Shown in pieces: positions 32,121 to 42,568 of a DNA stretch of 64,000 bases. Every line of letters starts with the position of its first letter. Position 1 is the first letter of the stretch. The notes below the pieces were generated by a model, which had not been told where the DNA came from, made no database searches, and saw only the letters and a list, made by a program, of their open reading frames with translations. Where the stretch lies: assembly GCA_047601445.1 (NCBI GenBank), contig JASGJH010000001.1, forward strand, positions 7,488,001-7,552,000, written 5' to 3'. Source of the DNA: Myxococcales bacterium (GTDB lineage Bacteria > Myxococcota_A > Polyangia > Polyangiales > DASUME01). Made by a program: the position numbers and the translations under genes.

Positions 32121-34786
32121 TCACTCGTAGTCGAGCGCATCGCGGACGACCAAACGGGCCGCCTGACGCGCAGGGTAGAAGCCAGCCACGGCCGAGATGG
32201 GCAGCGTGACCAGCGCCATGGTGACGATGGAGCCGAGCGGGAACGTGTAGGGCAGACTCCAGCCCATCTGCACGCCCGCGATGTAACGCAGCAGGATGTA
32301 GCCGACCCCCAGCCCCACCAACACGCCGCCGAGCGCGCCCACGCCGCCGATCAGCGTGGACTCCACCATCACCATCTTGCGCACCTGCTTGCGCAGCATC
32401 CCAACTGCCCTCAACACGCCGATCTCGCGCACCCGGTCGAGCACGTTCGAGAGTACGGCGGTGACCATGCCGAGCATCGCCACCACCAGCGTCACCAGCT
32501 CGAGCACGTGCATCAGCGCGAAGATCTTGTTGGCGGCCTTCACGAACTCGCCGCGGAACTCCCGGGTGGTCAGCACGAACAGGTCGTGCTGCTCGGCCAG
32601 GTTCTCGTTGATGGTGCGGCGCACCCGCTCGGGGTTCGCACCTTGGGTCAGAAAAAGCTCATAGCTGTCCACGCGCTGGTCGCCCCAAAGCTCCACATAG
32701 GTCTTGCGATCGACGCGCAGGGTCCCGCGGTCGCTCGTGTAGTCGATGACCACCGCGGCGACCTTGAAGGGTTGCGTGCCTCGCCCGGTGCTCAGCGCAA
32801 TGCGGTCGCCGCGGTGCACGCCGAAGCGGCGCGCGAAGTTCTCGCCGATCACCAGTTCCCCGCGCTCGAGGCCATCGTGCACGTCGCGCTGGCTGCCCTC
32901 GAGGGGCGTGTAGTGAGAGGCCCGCGACTTTTCGACGACGATCATCTTGACCGGGTAGCCCTGGTAGTCGATATCCATGAACTTCGCGGCGCGCACCATC
33001 GCCACGCCCGGTACGGCTTGCAGCTTCGCGCGCATGGAGTCGTCCATCGGCGTGTTGCGCTCGCTCAGCCCGACGATGGGGGTGCCGCTCGCGACTACGA
33101 GATCGCCGGGTAAAAGCTGAGCAGACCACGTATTCAAGCTGGTGATGAAGCTGACGATGAAGGTGCCCACGCCCACCGTCAGTGATACCCCTGCCATCAA
33201 TCCGGAGGCCATGCTGGCCGTGCGCTGAATGTCCCGCGGCAGGTTGTCGGTGGCGATGGCGGCCTCTACGCTCAGGACCCGCCCGCGCAGCATGGTGAGC
33301 GCGACGTGTGCGACGCGCACCATGCCCGGCATCAACATGCGTCCCGCCAAGGTCAAGGTCAGGCACGCGACCAGCGGACCGTAGGGCATGTTTCCCGAGG
33401 CCGGAACTTGCAAGAGGAGCAGGGTGGCAAAGAGAAGCAACACGCCGATCCACTCGCCTCGCGTGGCGCCCGAGGTGCTGGCCGAGAGGTTGAGCGTGCT
33501 GGTGCTCAGCGCCTCCGTGGGCTTGATGCGACCTGCCCGGGCCGTCGCGATGAACGCGGCCAGGGTCGCGGCCACGATGCCCAAGGCAAACCCGGCCAAC
33601 AGGACGCTGGGGTCGAGCTGCACCTCGCCCGCAGCTTGCTGCATGTACACCTCATTGACGGCGTCGCTCGAGAGAGCCAGCGCACTGCGCGAGATGGCCA
33701 GCGCCAGGAGCACGCCCAGGCCCGAACCCACGGTTCCGAGCGCGGCCCCCTCCAGGGTCAGCAGGGTGACCAGCTGCCTGCGTGTGGTGCCGAGCGCGCG
33801 CAGATCCCGAGCTCTCGCTTGCGCTGCACCACGCTGATCCCCATGGTGTTGACCACCAGGAACGCACCGGCGAGCAGCGCCAGGACGCTGGCCATGAAGA
33901 GTGCGGTGCGCATCGACGTGAGCATCTGCGCCACGCGGTCGCCACGACTCCCCGGGGGCTCCACGTTGAAGGTCGCTCCAAGCGCGCGCTTGAGGCCTCT
34001 CGCAACGTCTTCGGAGCGTATGCCAGGAGCCAACGCGAGGTCGATGCGATCGATGTTGCGGCCGCGCCCGAAGGCGACCTGCATCGCCGGGTAGTACATG
34101 ATGCCGATGGCGCCCCCGAAGGCGTTGCCCACGCCGGTGTCGTCAATGAAGCCCCAAACCTCGAAGGGCTCGAGGCCCGAGCTGGTGGCGATGGAGATCT
34201 TGTCGTGCAGCCTGGCCCCGACGCGCTCGGCCAGCGCGCGGCTGAGGATGATGTTGCGCGGCGAGTTGAGGAATGCGAGAGGGTCGCGACGAATCGCCTC
34301 GAGTTCGGAGGAGGCGTAGCTGCGGAAGTAGCTGTCTTCGGTGCCCAGTAGATCGATTCCAACGATCATCAGACGCTCGCGCTTTCCCGCCTTGGTGCGC
34401 ATGCCGACGATCTGCTGCATGACCGGCGTGAGTTTGTGGACGCCCGGCTGAGCTCGAGCCACGTCGAGCACCGACTCGTCGAAGCCACTGCCGCCCGCCC
34501 CGATCTGCAGCTCGGCCTTGCCCGCCAGGTCGCCCACGGTGTTGGTGACGCTGGTCACGATGGAACGACTGACCAGGACGACCGCCACGAGCACGGCGAC
34601 ACCGAGAGCGACGCCCAGGATGGTGAAGCCGGTGCGCAGCGGATGCTCGCGCATGCGGGGCAGACTGACGGTGCGCAGCAGGCGACCGAGTCGGAGCAGA
34701 GCTAGCGGCGCGAGGAGTGAGCGCACGCGGGCACGCACGAAGGCGAAGGGAAGCCGAAGCAACACCCGCAGGATTCCTGGAAACAT
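32121..34786 (-). CDS. FtsX/MacB-type ABC permease with two permease domains (~888 aa after restoring one base near 33802)
   Basis: R.GFTILGVALGVA; SVVQRKRELGI[L]RALGTTRRQL; second DRVREIGVLRAVGM...AGFYPARQAARL. Confidence 0.9.
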
Positions 34787-35541
34787 CAGACGGCCGCCTT
34801 GTTGGCCGCGCTCACTGCGCTCGGCGCGCGAGGGATCTCGGGAAGCCCGTTGCCCGAGCTGCGATCGATCCGCTCGTCCTTCACGATCTGCCCGTCTTTC
34901 AGCCACAGGATGCGGTCGCCCACCTGCGCGGCGTGGCGGTCGTGGGTCACCATCACGATCGTGGTGCCGGTGCACTCACAGGTTTGGCGCAGCAATGCCA
35001 GGGTGGCCGCGCCGGTCACGCTATCGAGGTTGCCCGTGGGCTCGTCCGCCAGGATCAGGCTGGGCGCCATCATCAGCGCGCGCGCGATGGCCACCCGTTG
35101 CATTTGACCACCCGACAGCTGGTGGATGTAGTGGTCCTGGCGCCGCGCGAGGCCCACGCTATCGAGCAGCTGCTCCGCGCGACGCCGGTCGGCATCCTCG
35201 ACTCGGCGCTCGAGCATCACCGGGAGCAGCGTGTTGTCGAGGGCCGTCAGGGTGGGCATCAGGTTGAAGGCCTGAAACACCAGGCCCACCTTGCGGCGTC
35301 GAAACAGGGTCAGGGCGTCGTCGTCGAGGTGTGCGATGTCCTGGCCGTCGATCCGGATGCTGCCGGAGCTCGGGGCGTCGAGGGCGCTCACCAGGTTGAG
35401 GAGGGTGGATTTGCCGGAACCACTGGCCCCCATGATGCTGACGAACTGGCCGGCGGGAACACTGAGGTCGAGGTCGCGCAGGGCGACCACCGTGTGCTCG
35501 CCTTCGCCGTAGCTCTTCCCGACTCGCTTGAGCTCAATCAT
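34786..35541 (-). CDS. ABC transporter ATP-binding protein (LolD/MacB-like)
   Basis: GASGSGKST, LSGGQMQRVAIARAL, ILADEPTGNLD, MVTHD. Confidence 0.95.
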   Translation of the reverse strand: MIELKRVGKSYGEGEHTVVALRDLDLSVPAGQFVSIMGASGSGKSTLLNLVSALDAPSSGSIRIDGQDIAHLDDDALTLFRRRKVGLVFQAFNLMPTLTALDNTLLPVMLERRVEDADRRRAEQLLDSVGLARRQDHYIHQLSGGQMQRVAIARALMMAPSLILADEPTGNLDSVTGAATLALLRQTCECTGTTIVMVTHDRHAAQVGDRILWLKDGQIVKDERIDRSSGNGLPEIPRAPSAVSAANKAAV

Positions 35542-35724
35542 CGGACGTTCTCCCGTTCGGTCGAGCAGACGCGCGGTCTGCCGATGGGAGGAACCTGAGG
35601 CGGCGTGCGATGACGTGCTTGAGTTCTGCGTGAATACGAGCGTTTGATGGCCGCTCACGCGGAGCTCACGCAGAACTCACGCAGGCCTGATGGAGGGCTA
35701 CAGTGCGGTGGCGGAGCCGCGGGG

Positions 35725-37695
35725 CTACAGGAGCGGCGCGAGCAGCGGGGCGAACAGGGGGGCCGAGGTACCGATCAAGTGCTGGTCGTCGAAGTAGAGC
35801 GACCTGGCTCCATAGGTGACGTCGCAGCGACTGGTCTTGCACAGGACACGGACGGGCTCGATGACCTCGAAGGTATAGTGCGTCCGAAGCTGAGCGAGCA
35901 TCGCGTCGAACGGGCGCTGTCGCGCGCGGGCTTCGGCGCTGTCCGGGCGGATGTCGTAGGCCAGGTGACGCCAACTACGGCGTGCCAGCGCATTGGGCAC
36001 GTTGGTGTCGGCTTCGGGGACGGGGCCCACGATGGTCACGCGTTTCCCCTTGGCATGGAGGAACGCCAGGGTGCTCTCCAGTCCCCGCTGCACCAGCTGC
36101 ACGCCTTCCTCGAAGCGCGACGCGGTCTGAGCTCCGTATTGCACGGTGATGTGCGCGGCGCCCTGGTAGCGACGCTGCTCGAGCCAAGCTCCCCAACGTC
36201 CGACCAAGACCACGCTCTCGTAGTCCGGGGAGCTCTCGAGGAGGCTCGTCACGTGCTGATGGAAGCGACTACAGCGGTCCGGTCGAAACGCCAGGTGCAC
36301 GCCCCCCGCGGGTGGACAGCCGCCCTGGGTCACCACCGTGCCACGGACGCCTCGCCCTTGTGCCGCCAACGCGGCCGCGGGACTCATGGACTGCGCGTGG
36401 GAGTCGCCCCAGATCAGGAAGGTCTTGGTGGCGGCCTTGGGCTCCCCCACGTCGCACTGGGTCATGCCCTGAAGGCGCGTGGTGGTGTCCTGGCTGCCAG
36501 GAATACAGGCCGCGACCTGAGCCTCGGCAGGGTTGCGGCCCACGTCGAGCAGCGTGCGAGCGGCCTGGGGCAAGCGTTGGGGGAGGCCCTCGCCGCGGAT
36601 GCTCACGAAGGCGAGCAGGCAGGCCGTGGCCATGGCGGCGACGGCGAATCCGAGCACCGCGCGCGGCTTCAGGAGCAGCACCCGCTTGCGTACGGGGTCC
36701 TCGAGCAGGGCGCGCGAAGCCATGGCCAGCGCCAACGTGAGGGCGAAGACCAGCGCCAGCTGAACGGGCCCCAGCTCACGCCCGCTCAGCAGTCGCCCGT
36801 AGACCAGGGCGGGCCAGTGCCAGAGGTAGAGCGCATAAGAGATCAGGCCGATGAAGACGAAAGGACGGCGAGCGAGCGTCTGGCCCACCCAGGTGCGCTC
36901 CGAGCTCTCTGCGTAGAGGAAGGCGCTCGAACCCAGGGTCGGTAGCAGCGCTGCCAGGCCCGGAAAGGTCATGCCCCCCGTGTACGTGAACACCGAGTAG
37001 AGGATCGCGCCGAGTCCGAGCCCGGAGATGGCTCCCCGGAGCGGTCGACTCGGGACCACCGGCACGAGCTGCAGGGTCACCATGGTGCCGAGCAAGAGCT
37101 CCCAAGCGCGCAGGTGCGCGAAGTAGAACGCGCCCATGGGGTCGTTTGAGACGGCGCGCACGGAGAGCAGCAGTGAACCCGCGAGCAAGAGTGGCAGCAC
37201 GACGCGGATGGAACGCGGAGACCAGCGCCAAAGGCACCCAAGCAGCAAGGGGAAGACCAAATAGAACTGCTCTTCCACACACAGCGACCAGGTATGGAGC
37301 AATGGCTTCGTCTCGGCCTTGGGCTCGAAGTAGCCCGCCTGCCTGGAGAAGCCCACGTTGGCATAAAACAGGGTCGCCTGAAGCAGGCTGCGCGCCATGG
37401 CCGTGAGCTCGCGCGGCACGAGCACCAGGTAGCCCACGAGCCAGGTCGCGCCGAGCATGGCGAACAGGGCCGGAAAGATCCTGCGTACCCGTCGCTCGTA
37501 GAACGAGCGCAGCGAGAACGTCCCGTCGCGCAGCTCCTTCATGAGGATCCCGGAGATGAGGTATCCGGAGATCACGAAGAACACGTCGACGCCCACGAAG
37601 CCGCCGTCGAAGCCAGGAACGTTTGCATGAAAGAGGATCACGGGCAGCACGGCGACTGCCCTGAGACCATCCACTTCGGGGCGGTACTTCAGCAC
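35725..37695 (-). CDS. Membrane O-acyltransferase (acyltransferase_3 plus SGNH, OafA/OatA-like)
   Basis: YRPEVDGLRAVAV...FH, GVDVFFVISGYLI, HTWSLCVEEQFY, SYALYLWHWP, GDSHA, DDQHL. Confidence 0.92.
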   Translation of the reverse strand: MLKYRPEVDGLRAVAVLPVILFHANVPGFDGGFVGVDVFFVISGYLISGILMKELRDGTFSLRSFYERRVRRIFPALFAMLGATWLVGYLVLVPRELTAMARSLLQATLFYANVGFSRQAGYFEPKAETKPLLHTWSLCVEEQFYLVFPLLLGCLWRWSPRSIRVVLPLLLAGSLLLSVRAVSNDPMGAFYFAHLRAWELLLGTMVTLQLVPVVPSRPLRGAISGLGLGAILYSVFTYTGGMTFPGLAALLPTLGSSAFLYAESSERTWVGQTLARRPFVFIGLISYALYLWHWPALVYGRLLSGRELGPVQLALVFALTLALAMASRALLEDPVRKRVLLLKPRAVLGFAVAAMATACLLAFVSIRGEGLPQRLPQAARTLLDVGRNPAEAQVAACIPGSQDTTTRLQGMTQCDVGEPKAATKTFLIWGDSHAQSMSPAAALAAQGRGVRGTVVTQGGCPPAGGVHLAFRPDRCSRFHQHVTSLLESSPDYESVVLVGRWGAWLEQRRYQGAAHITVQYGAQTASRFEEGVQLVQRGLESTLAFLHAKGKRVTIVGPVPEADTNVPNALARRSWRHLAYDIRPDSAEARARQRPFDAMLAQLRTHYTFEVIEPVRVLCKTSRCDVTYGARSLYFDDQHLIGTSAPLFAPLLAPLL

Positions 37696-37948
37696 GGGAT
37701 CCCCCTCCGTAACCAGGCCGAGACCGGCGCGCAAGGGTGAACTTCGTTCAAGTCCCCGCGGCCCGAAGCGAGACCTCGGCCGCGACAGATCCTGGCGCAA
37801 CCCGCGCGGGGCAAGGCACTCGGATCGCTCACGGGCAGCGCTGACCTGGTCTGGCTGCTGCGAGCTCGAAATCGGTGTGCACCAGCGTACTTGAAGCAGT
37901 CGGTCTCGCGCGCACCTGCTGGCACATCGCCTGCTAGCTGCCGCGGCC

Positions 37949-40042
37949 ATGAACATGAAAACCAGGCAAAGTAACTCAGGGCTCGTTACGAGCCTCGGCA
38001 GAGCTTCTCTCATCTTCTCGTTGGCGACCGCCGGTGCGGCCAACTCCCTCGCCGGTTGCGCCAGCGAACCGAGCAGCGACGGCAGCGAGGACGGCGAGCA
38101 GGTCGGTTCCCTCGACCTCAATCTGGACGTCGCGCCGGGCGTGACCATCAACACGGTCAACTACAGCATCACCGGCAACGGCTTCACCAAGAGCGGCACC
38201 ATCAACGTCAGCGGCGCGCCGACCATCAGCGCCAACATCGGCGGCATTCCCGCGGGCACCGGCTACTCCATCACGCTCACGGCGAGCTCGACCCAGGGCA
38301 ACGCGAGCTTCACCGGTTCGGCTAGCTTCGACGTTAGCGCGGGCGGCATCGCCTCGGTGAAGGTGAGCTTGCGGGGCTCGGTCGGCAGCGGAAACGGCAG
38401 CGTGAACGTCACCGGCACCATCAACGTGAGCCCGGTGATCGACGAACTGACCGTGTCGCCGTTGACCGTGTACGTGGGCAGCTCGGTTGCGTTGACCTCG
38501 GTGAGCCGCGATCCCGACCAGTTTCCCGCCCCGTTGACCTATTACTGGAGCACCACCGGGGGACTCATCGACACCCCCATCGCGCAGAACGCGACGCTGA
38601 CGAGCACGACCGCAGGCACCTTCACGGTCACGCTCACCGTTTCCGACGGAGACGCCACCACCACGGCCACGCGCAGCGTGACGTTCGTGAACCCCGAACA
38701 AGACAGCGACGGCGGCGTGGTCGGCACGGGACCGAGCAAGCCCAACGTGCTCCTGATCATCGCGGACGACTACGGCGCGGAGGCCTCCAGCCTGTACCCC
38801 CAGCTCGCGGGTACCCAGGGCCAGGTCTCGGTTCCGAACATCGAGGCGCTCGCGGCGAACGGCCTCGTGTTCGACAACGCCTGGGCGAGCCCCGTGTGCT
38901 CGCCGACGCGCGGCACCATCATCAGCGGCCAGTATGGCTATCGCACCGGCGTGACCACCGTGGGCGACGTGCTGCCGACCTCGACGGTCACGCTCTTCGA
39001 CCGGCTCACGGCGGAGAGCCCCAGCTACGAGCAGGCCTTTTTCGGTAAGTACCACGTCGGCGGCGGCAGCATCAATCCGCGCGCGGGCGTTGCGTACCCC
39101 GGCGTCCCGCAGATCCTGCAGCACGCGCGTGACATCGGCATCACCAACTTCCGCGGCATCCTCGGCGGCGCCATCGTCGACTACTTCAACTGGGTGCTCT
39201 ACGACATCAACGGGCCTAGCGTCCCCGAGACCACGTACGCGACTACCGTGCTCACGGACCTCGCCATCGATTACATCCACCAGCACGAGACCAACAAGCC
39301 CAACGAGCCCTGGTTCCTCTACCAGGCGTTCAACGCGCCGCACGCGGCCAACGGCGGCAACAATCCGTACCAGTTGCCCCCGTCGAATCTCCACCACGTG
39401 GACCTCAGCTCCGTCGGCAACCCTGCGCCCGGCGCCTACCAGACGACCATCCCGGCCTACCAGGCTGACATCCAGGCTCTGGACACCGAGCTCGGCCGTT
39501 TGTTGGCCGAAGTCGACCTCGAGACCACGACCGTGATCTTCATCGGCGACAACGGCGTGCCGCCGCCCGTGAAGGACGTGCAGACGGGCCTGCGCGACTC
39601 CAAGGGCAGCGCCTACGAGGGCGGCGTCCGCGTGCCGCTCATCGTCGCCGGCGCCGGCGTCACGCGCCGTGGCCGCGAGGACGACCTGTTCGTGACCACC
39701 GATCTCTACGCGAGCATCCTGGAACTCACCGGCGTCTCGGTGCCGCAGGTCAACAACAGCTACAGCTTCAAGCCGCTGCTCAGCGACGAAGCTGCCAGCA
39801 ACGGACGCACGCACTCCTTCAGCGAGACCTCGAGCGGTACCAACAACCGCCGCTATGCCATCAAGGACAAGCGCTACAAGCTACTGAACAACCTCGGCAA
39901 GTGGGAGCTCTACGATCTGGTGACGGACCCCAAGGAGACCACCAACCTCTACACGAGCAAGCCCCACACGGCAGTGCTCGCGAGCCTGCAGGCGGAGATC
40001 GCGAAGCTCAAGGCCGACGCGCGCCCTGGCTACTTCCAGTGA
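37949..40042 (+). CDS. Lipoprotein sulfatase (formylglycine-dependent, Cys type) with N-terminal Ig/PKD-like domains
   Basis: Lipobox LAGC; PNVLLIIADD, CSPTR, GKYH, NAPH, GDNG, KGSAYEGGVRVP, ELYDL..DP.E..NL. Confidence 0.9.
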   Translation: MNMKTRQSNSGLVTSLGRASLIFSLATAGAANSLAGCASEPSSDGSEDGEQVGSLDLNLDVAPGVTINTVNYSITGNGFTKSGTINVSGAPTISANIGGIPAGTGYSITLTASSTQGNASFTGSASFDVSAGGIASVKVSLRGSVGSGNGSVNVTGTINVSPVIDELTVSPLTVYVGSSVALTSVSRDPDQFPAPLTYYWSTTGGLIDTPIAQNATLTSTTAGTFTVTLTVSDGDATTTATRSVTFVNPEQDSDGGVVGTGPSKPNVLLIIADDYGAEASSLYPQLAGTQGQVSVPNIEALAANGLVFDNAWASPVCSPTRGTIISGQYGYRTGVTTVGDVLPTSTVTLFDRLTAESPSYEQAFFGKYHVGGGSINPRAGVAYPGVPQILQHARDIGITNFRGILGGAIVDYFNWVLYDINGPSVPETTYATTVLTDLAIDYIHQHETNKPNEPWFLYQAFNAPHAANGGNNPYQLPPSNLHHVDLSSVGNPAPGAYQTTIPAYQADIQALDTELGRLLAEVDLETTTVIFIGDNGVPPPVKDVQTGLRDSKGSAYEGGVRVPLIVAGAGVTRRGREDDLFVTTDLYASILELTGVSVPQVNNSYSFKPLLSDEAASNGRTHSFSETSSGTNNRRYAIKDKRYKLLNNLGKWELYDLVTDPKETTNLYTSKPHTAVLASLQAEIAKLKADARPGYFQ

Positions 40043-40132
40043 GCGTCTAGTCCCTGAACGCGCCGCTCCTGCCGAACGTGGTGGGGGCGGCGCTCGCTAA
40101 TTGAAACTCTCGAAAGCGCGAAGCAAAAAAGC

Positions 40133-42436
40133 ATGCGAAACGGGCTCGTCGTCCTTGGGTTCCTCATGGTGGTCTCGCTCGCGGCGTGCGCGCGCGAGCA
40201 CGCTGCCGATGCACCGTCTGCTGCGCCGCAAGGCGCGCTCGACAAGGCGAACGCGAGCTCGCCACCGAAGTCGAACGCGCAGCCCGAGCCCACGCCGCGC
40301 GGTCGCGAAGAGTTCGTCGGTTCGCAGGTCTGCGCGTCGTGCCATCGTGCGCAGGCAGAAGCGTACCTGAGCTCGCATCATGCCAAGGCGCTGGTGAAGC
40401 CCAGCGCAGAGCTGGCCAAAGCTCGCTTCGACGGCGCCCACTTCAACTCGAAGCTCGGGGGAAGCACCCGATTCGCGCTGCGCGACGGCGTGCCCGAGGT
40501 GACCACGGCCATTCCCGGCGGAACGTCCGTGAGAGTTCCCATCACCCACGTGTCCGGCGTTTGGCCGATCGAGCAGTACGTGGTGGCGACCGAACGCGGC
40601 AAGCTGCAGGCGCTGGGCGCGGCGTGGGACAGCCGATCATCCGCCGAGGGCGGTGCGCGCTGGTTCCATGTCTATGGGGCGGACGGCATCGGACCGAAGG
40701 ATCCCCTCTTCTTTACCTCGGCCGCCCAAAATTGGAATCACATGTGCGCGGAGTGCCATTCGACCTTGGTCGAGCGTCGCTACGACGTCGAAGCCGATAG
40801 CTTCGACACGCGCTGGGCGGAGCTCTCTGTGGGGTGCGAGGCTTGCCATGGTCCGGGGGCTCGCCACGTGCAATCGGCGAAGGCCTCGCCCGCGCTGCCC
40901 GTGGTCCCGTTGCCCGCTCGCTTGAAGCCTTCCGCGCCATGGACACCGTCCGCCACGGGCAGCCCCACTCCGCACGCCAAGGACGGCGTGGAGGTGGAGG
41001 TCTGCGCCCCGTGCCACAGCCGCCGCGAGCCGCTCAAGGAAGGCTTCCTCGCGAGCGATCCGTTTCTCGACTCGTTCGAGCCCGAGCTCCTCTTGCCTGG
41101 TCGCTACCACGCCGATGGTCAGGTCGAGGGGGAGGTCTACGAGTGGGGGTCGTTCCTGCAGAGCAGGATGCACCAGGCGGGCGTGACATGCTCTGACTGC
41201 CACAATCCCCACTCGGGCAAGCTCCATGCGCAGGGCAACGATCTCTGCGTTCGCTGCCACGAGCCCACGCGCTTCAACGTGGAGGCTCACTCGCACCACG
41301 CGGCCGGCACGTCGCCGCTCTGCATCGACTGCCACATGCCACCCAACACCTTCATGCAGATCGACGAGCGACGCGATCACTCCATCCGCATTCCACGTCC
41401 GGACCACAGCGTCGTATTCGGCACCCCCAACGCCTGCAACGGTTGTCACGCCAAGGAGTCCGCGAGCTGGGCACGCGACCAGGTTGCCGCCTGGTTCCCC
41501 GGGTCTCCCAAGCGTCCCCATTTCGTCGAAGCGCTCGCCAAGGATCGCAAGGGGGCGCTCGATGCTCCGCGCGCGCTGCGGTTGCTTGCCGAGGACGTGA
41601 GCGTGCCCGCCATTGCGCGCGCCACGGCCCTCGAGCGCATGGGGCAGTATCCAGCACTCAAGGTGCCGCAGACGCTGCGCGTTGCGCTCGGCAGTCCCGA
41701 GCCGCTCGTGGTCTACGGTGCGGTGCTCGGTGCGGCGCAGCTGCCGCCCCAACAGCGTGGGGCATTGCTTGCGCCGGTGCTGGAGCATCCTGCCCGGGCA
41801 GTGCGCGTCGCCGCCGCGAAGCTCCTCGCAGGCGTGCCCCTCGCAGGGCTTCCTGCGAACACTCGGGGCGCCCTCGAGCGCGCCTTCGCCGAGGTCGAGC
41901 AGAGCTTCGCGGTGAGCGCCTCACAGGCCGAAACCCACGTCGAGCGCAGCGCATTCGAGCTTGCTCGCGGCAGGGTCTCGGAGGCCGAGGGCTCCCTGCA
42001 CACAGCGCTCCGACTGCAGCCCTGCCTCGCCGAAGCGCACCTCAACCTCGCCGATTTGGCGCGCCAGCGCGGCGACGAGGCCGGAGCCGAGCAAGCCATC
42101 CGGGCCGCCCTCCGCTGCCACCCCGAAAATGCCGCCGCCCATCACGCGCTCGGCCTGTGGCAAGTGCGCGCGCATCAAGCGAAGTTGGCCACGGAAAGCT
42201 TGCGACGTGCCGTCGAGCTCGCCCCGTCCGACACGCGCTTCCGCTATGTGCTGGCGGTGGCACTGCACGGCAACGGCGAGCACGAGGCCGCGATTCGCGT
42301 GCTGGATGCAGCGCTGACGCAACGTCCGAACGACGCGAGCGCGCTGCAGGCGCTGGCCGGTTACCTGCGCGAAGCCGGGCAGGGCGAGCGCGCCTTCGAA
42401 GCGCAGCGCATGCTCGAGACCCTCTTGCGGGAGTGA
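40133..42436 (+). CDS. Multiheme c-type cytochrome (8 CxxCH) with HEAT/TPR C-terminus
   Basis: CASCH, CAECH, CEACH, CAPCH, CSDCH, CVRCH, CIDCH, CNGCH; lipobox SLAAC; TPR-like helices. Confidence 0.9.
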   Translation: MRNGLVVLGFLMVVSLAACAREHAADAPSAAPQGALDKANASSPPKSNAQPEPTPRGREEFVGSQVCASCHRAQAEAYLSSHHAKALVKPSAELAKARFDGAHFNSKLGGSTRFALRDGVPEVTTAIPGGTSVRVPITHVSGVWPIEQYVVATERGKLQALGAAWDSRSSAEGGARWFHVYGADGIGPKDPLFFTSAAQNWNHMCAECHSTLVERRYDVEADSFDTRWAELSVGCEACHGPGARHVQSAKASPALPVVPLPARLKPSAPWTPSATGSPTPHAKDGVEVEVCAPCHSRREPLKEGFLASDPFLDSFEPELLLPGRYHADGQVEGEVYEWGSFLQSRMHQAGVTCSDCHNPHSGKLHAQGNDLCVRCHEPTRFNVEAHSHHAAGTSPLCIDCHMPPNTFMQIDERRDHSIRIPRPDHSVVFGTPNACNGCHAKESASWARDQVAAWFPGSPKRPHFVEALAKDRKGALDAPRALRLLAEDVSVPAIARATALERMGQYPALKVPQTLRVALGSPEPLVVYGAVLGAAQLPPQQRGALLAPVLEHPARAVRVAAAKLLAGVPLAGLPANTRGALERAFAEVEQSFAVSASQAETHVERSAFELARGRVSEAEGSLHTALRLQPCLAEAHLNLADLARQRGDEAGAEQAIRAALRCHPENAAAHHALGLWQVRAHQAKLATESLRRAVELAPSDTRFRYVLAVALHGNGEHEAAIRVLDAALTQRPNDASALQALAGYLREAGQGERAFEAQRMLETLLRE

Positions 42437-42568
42437 ATGCGAGCGCGCTTCGACGCGAAAACACCAACGCATGTTCACCGCAAGCGAACGCGGCTGTGAC
42501 ATACGGGCGGCTAGTCTGTCCCGCGTCGAGCAACGTCGGCTGCTTGCCTGCACAGCGGAGGTCTCTGA

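Noticed and set aside
10099..33806. Four split genes as pseudogenes or programmed frameshifts
   Set aside because: No slippery heptamers or long homopolymers, no other signs of decay, and all lie at or beside GATC. Sequencing error is the simpler explanation.
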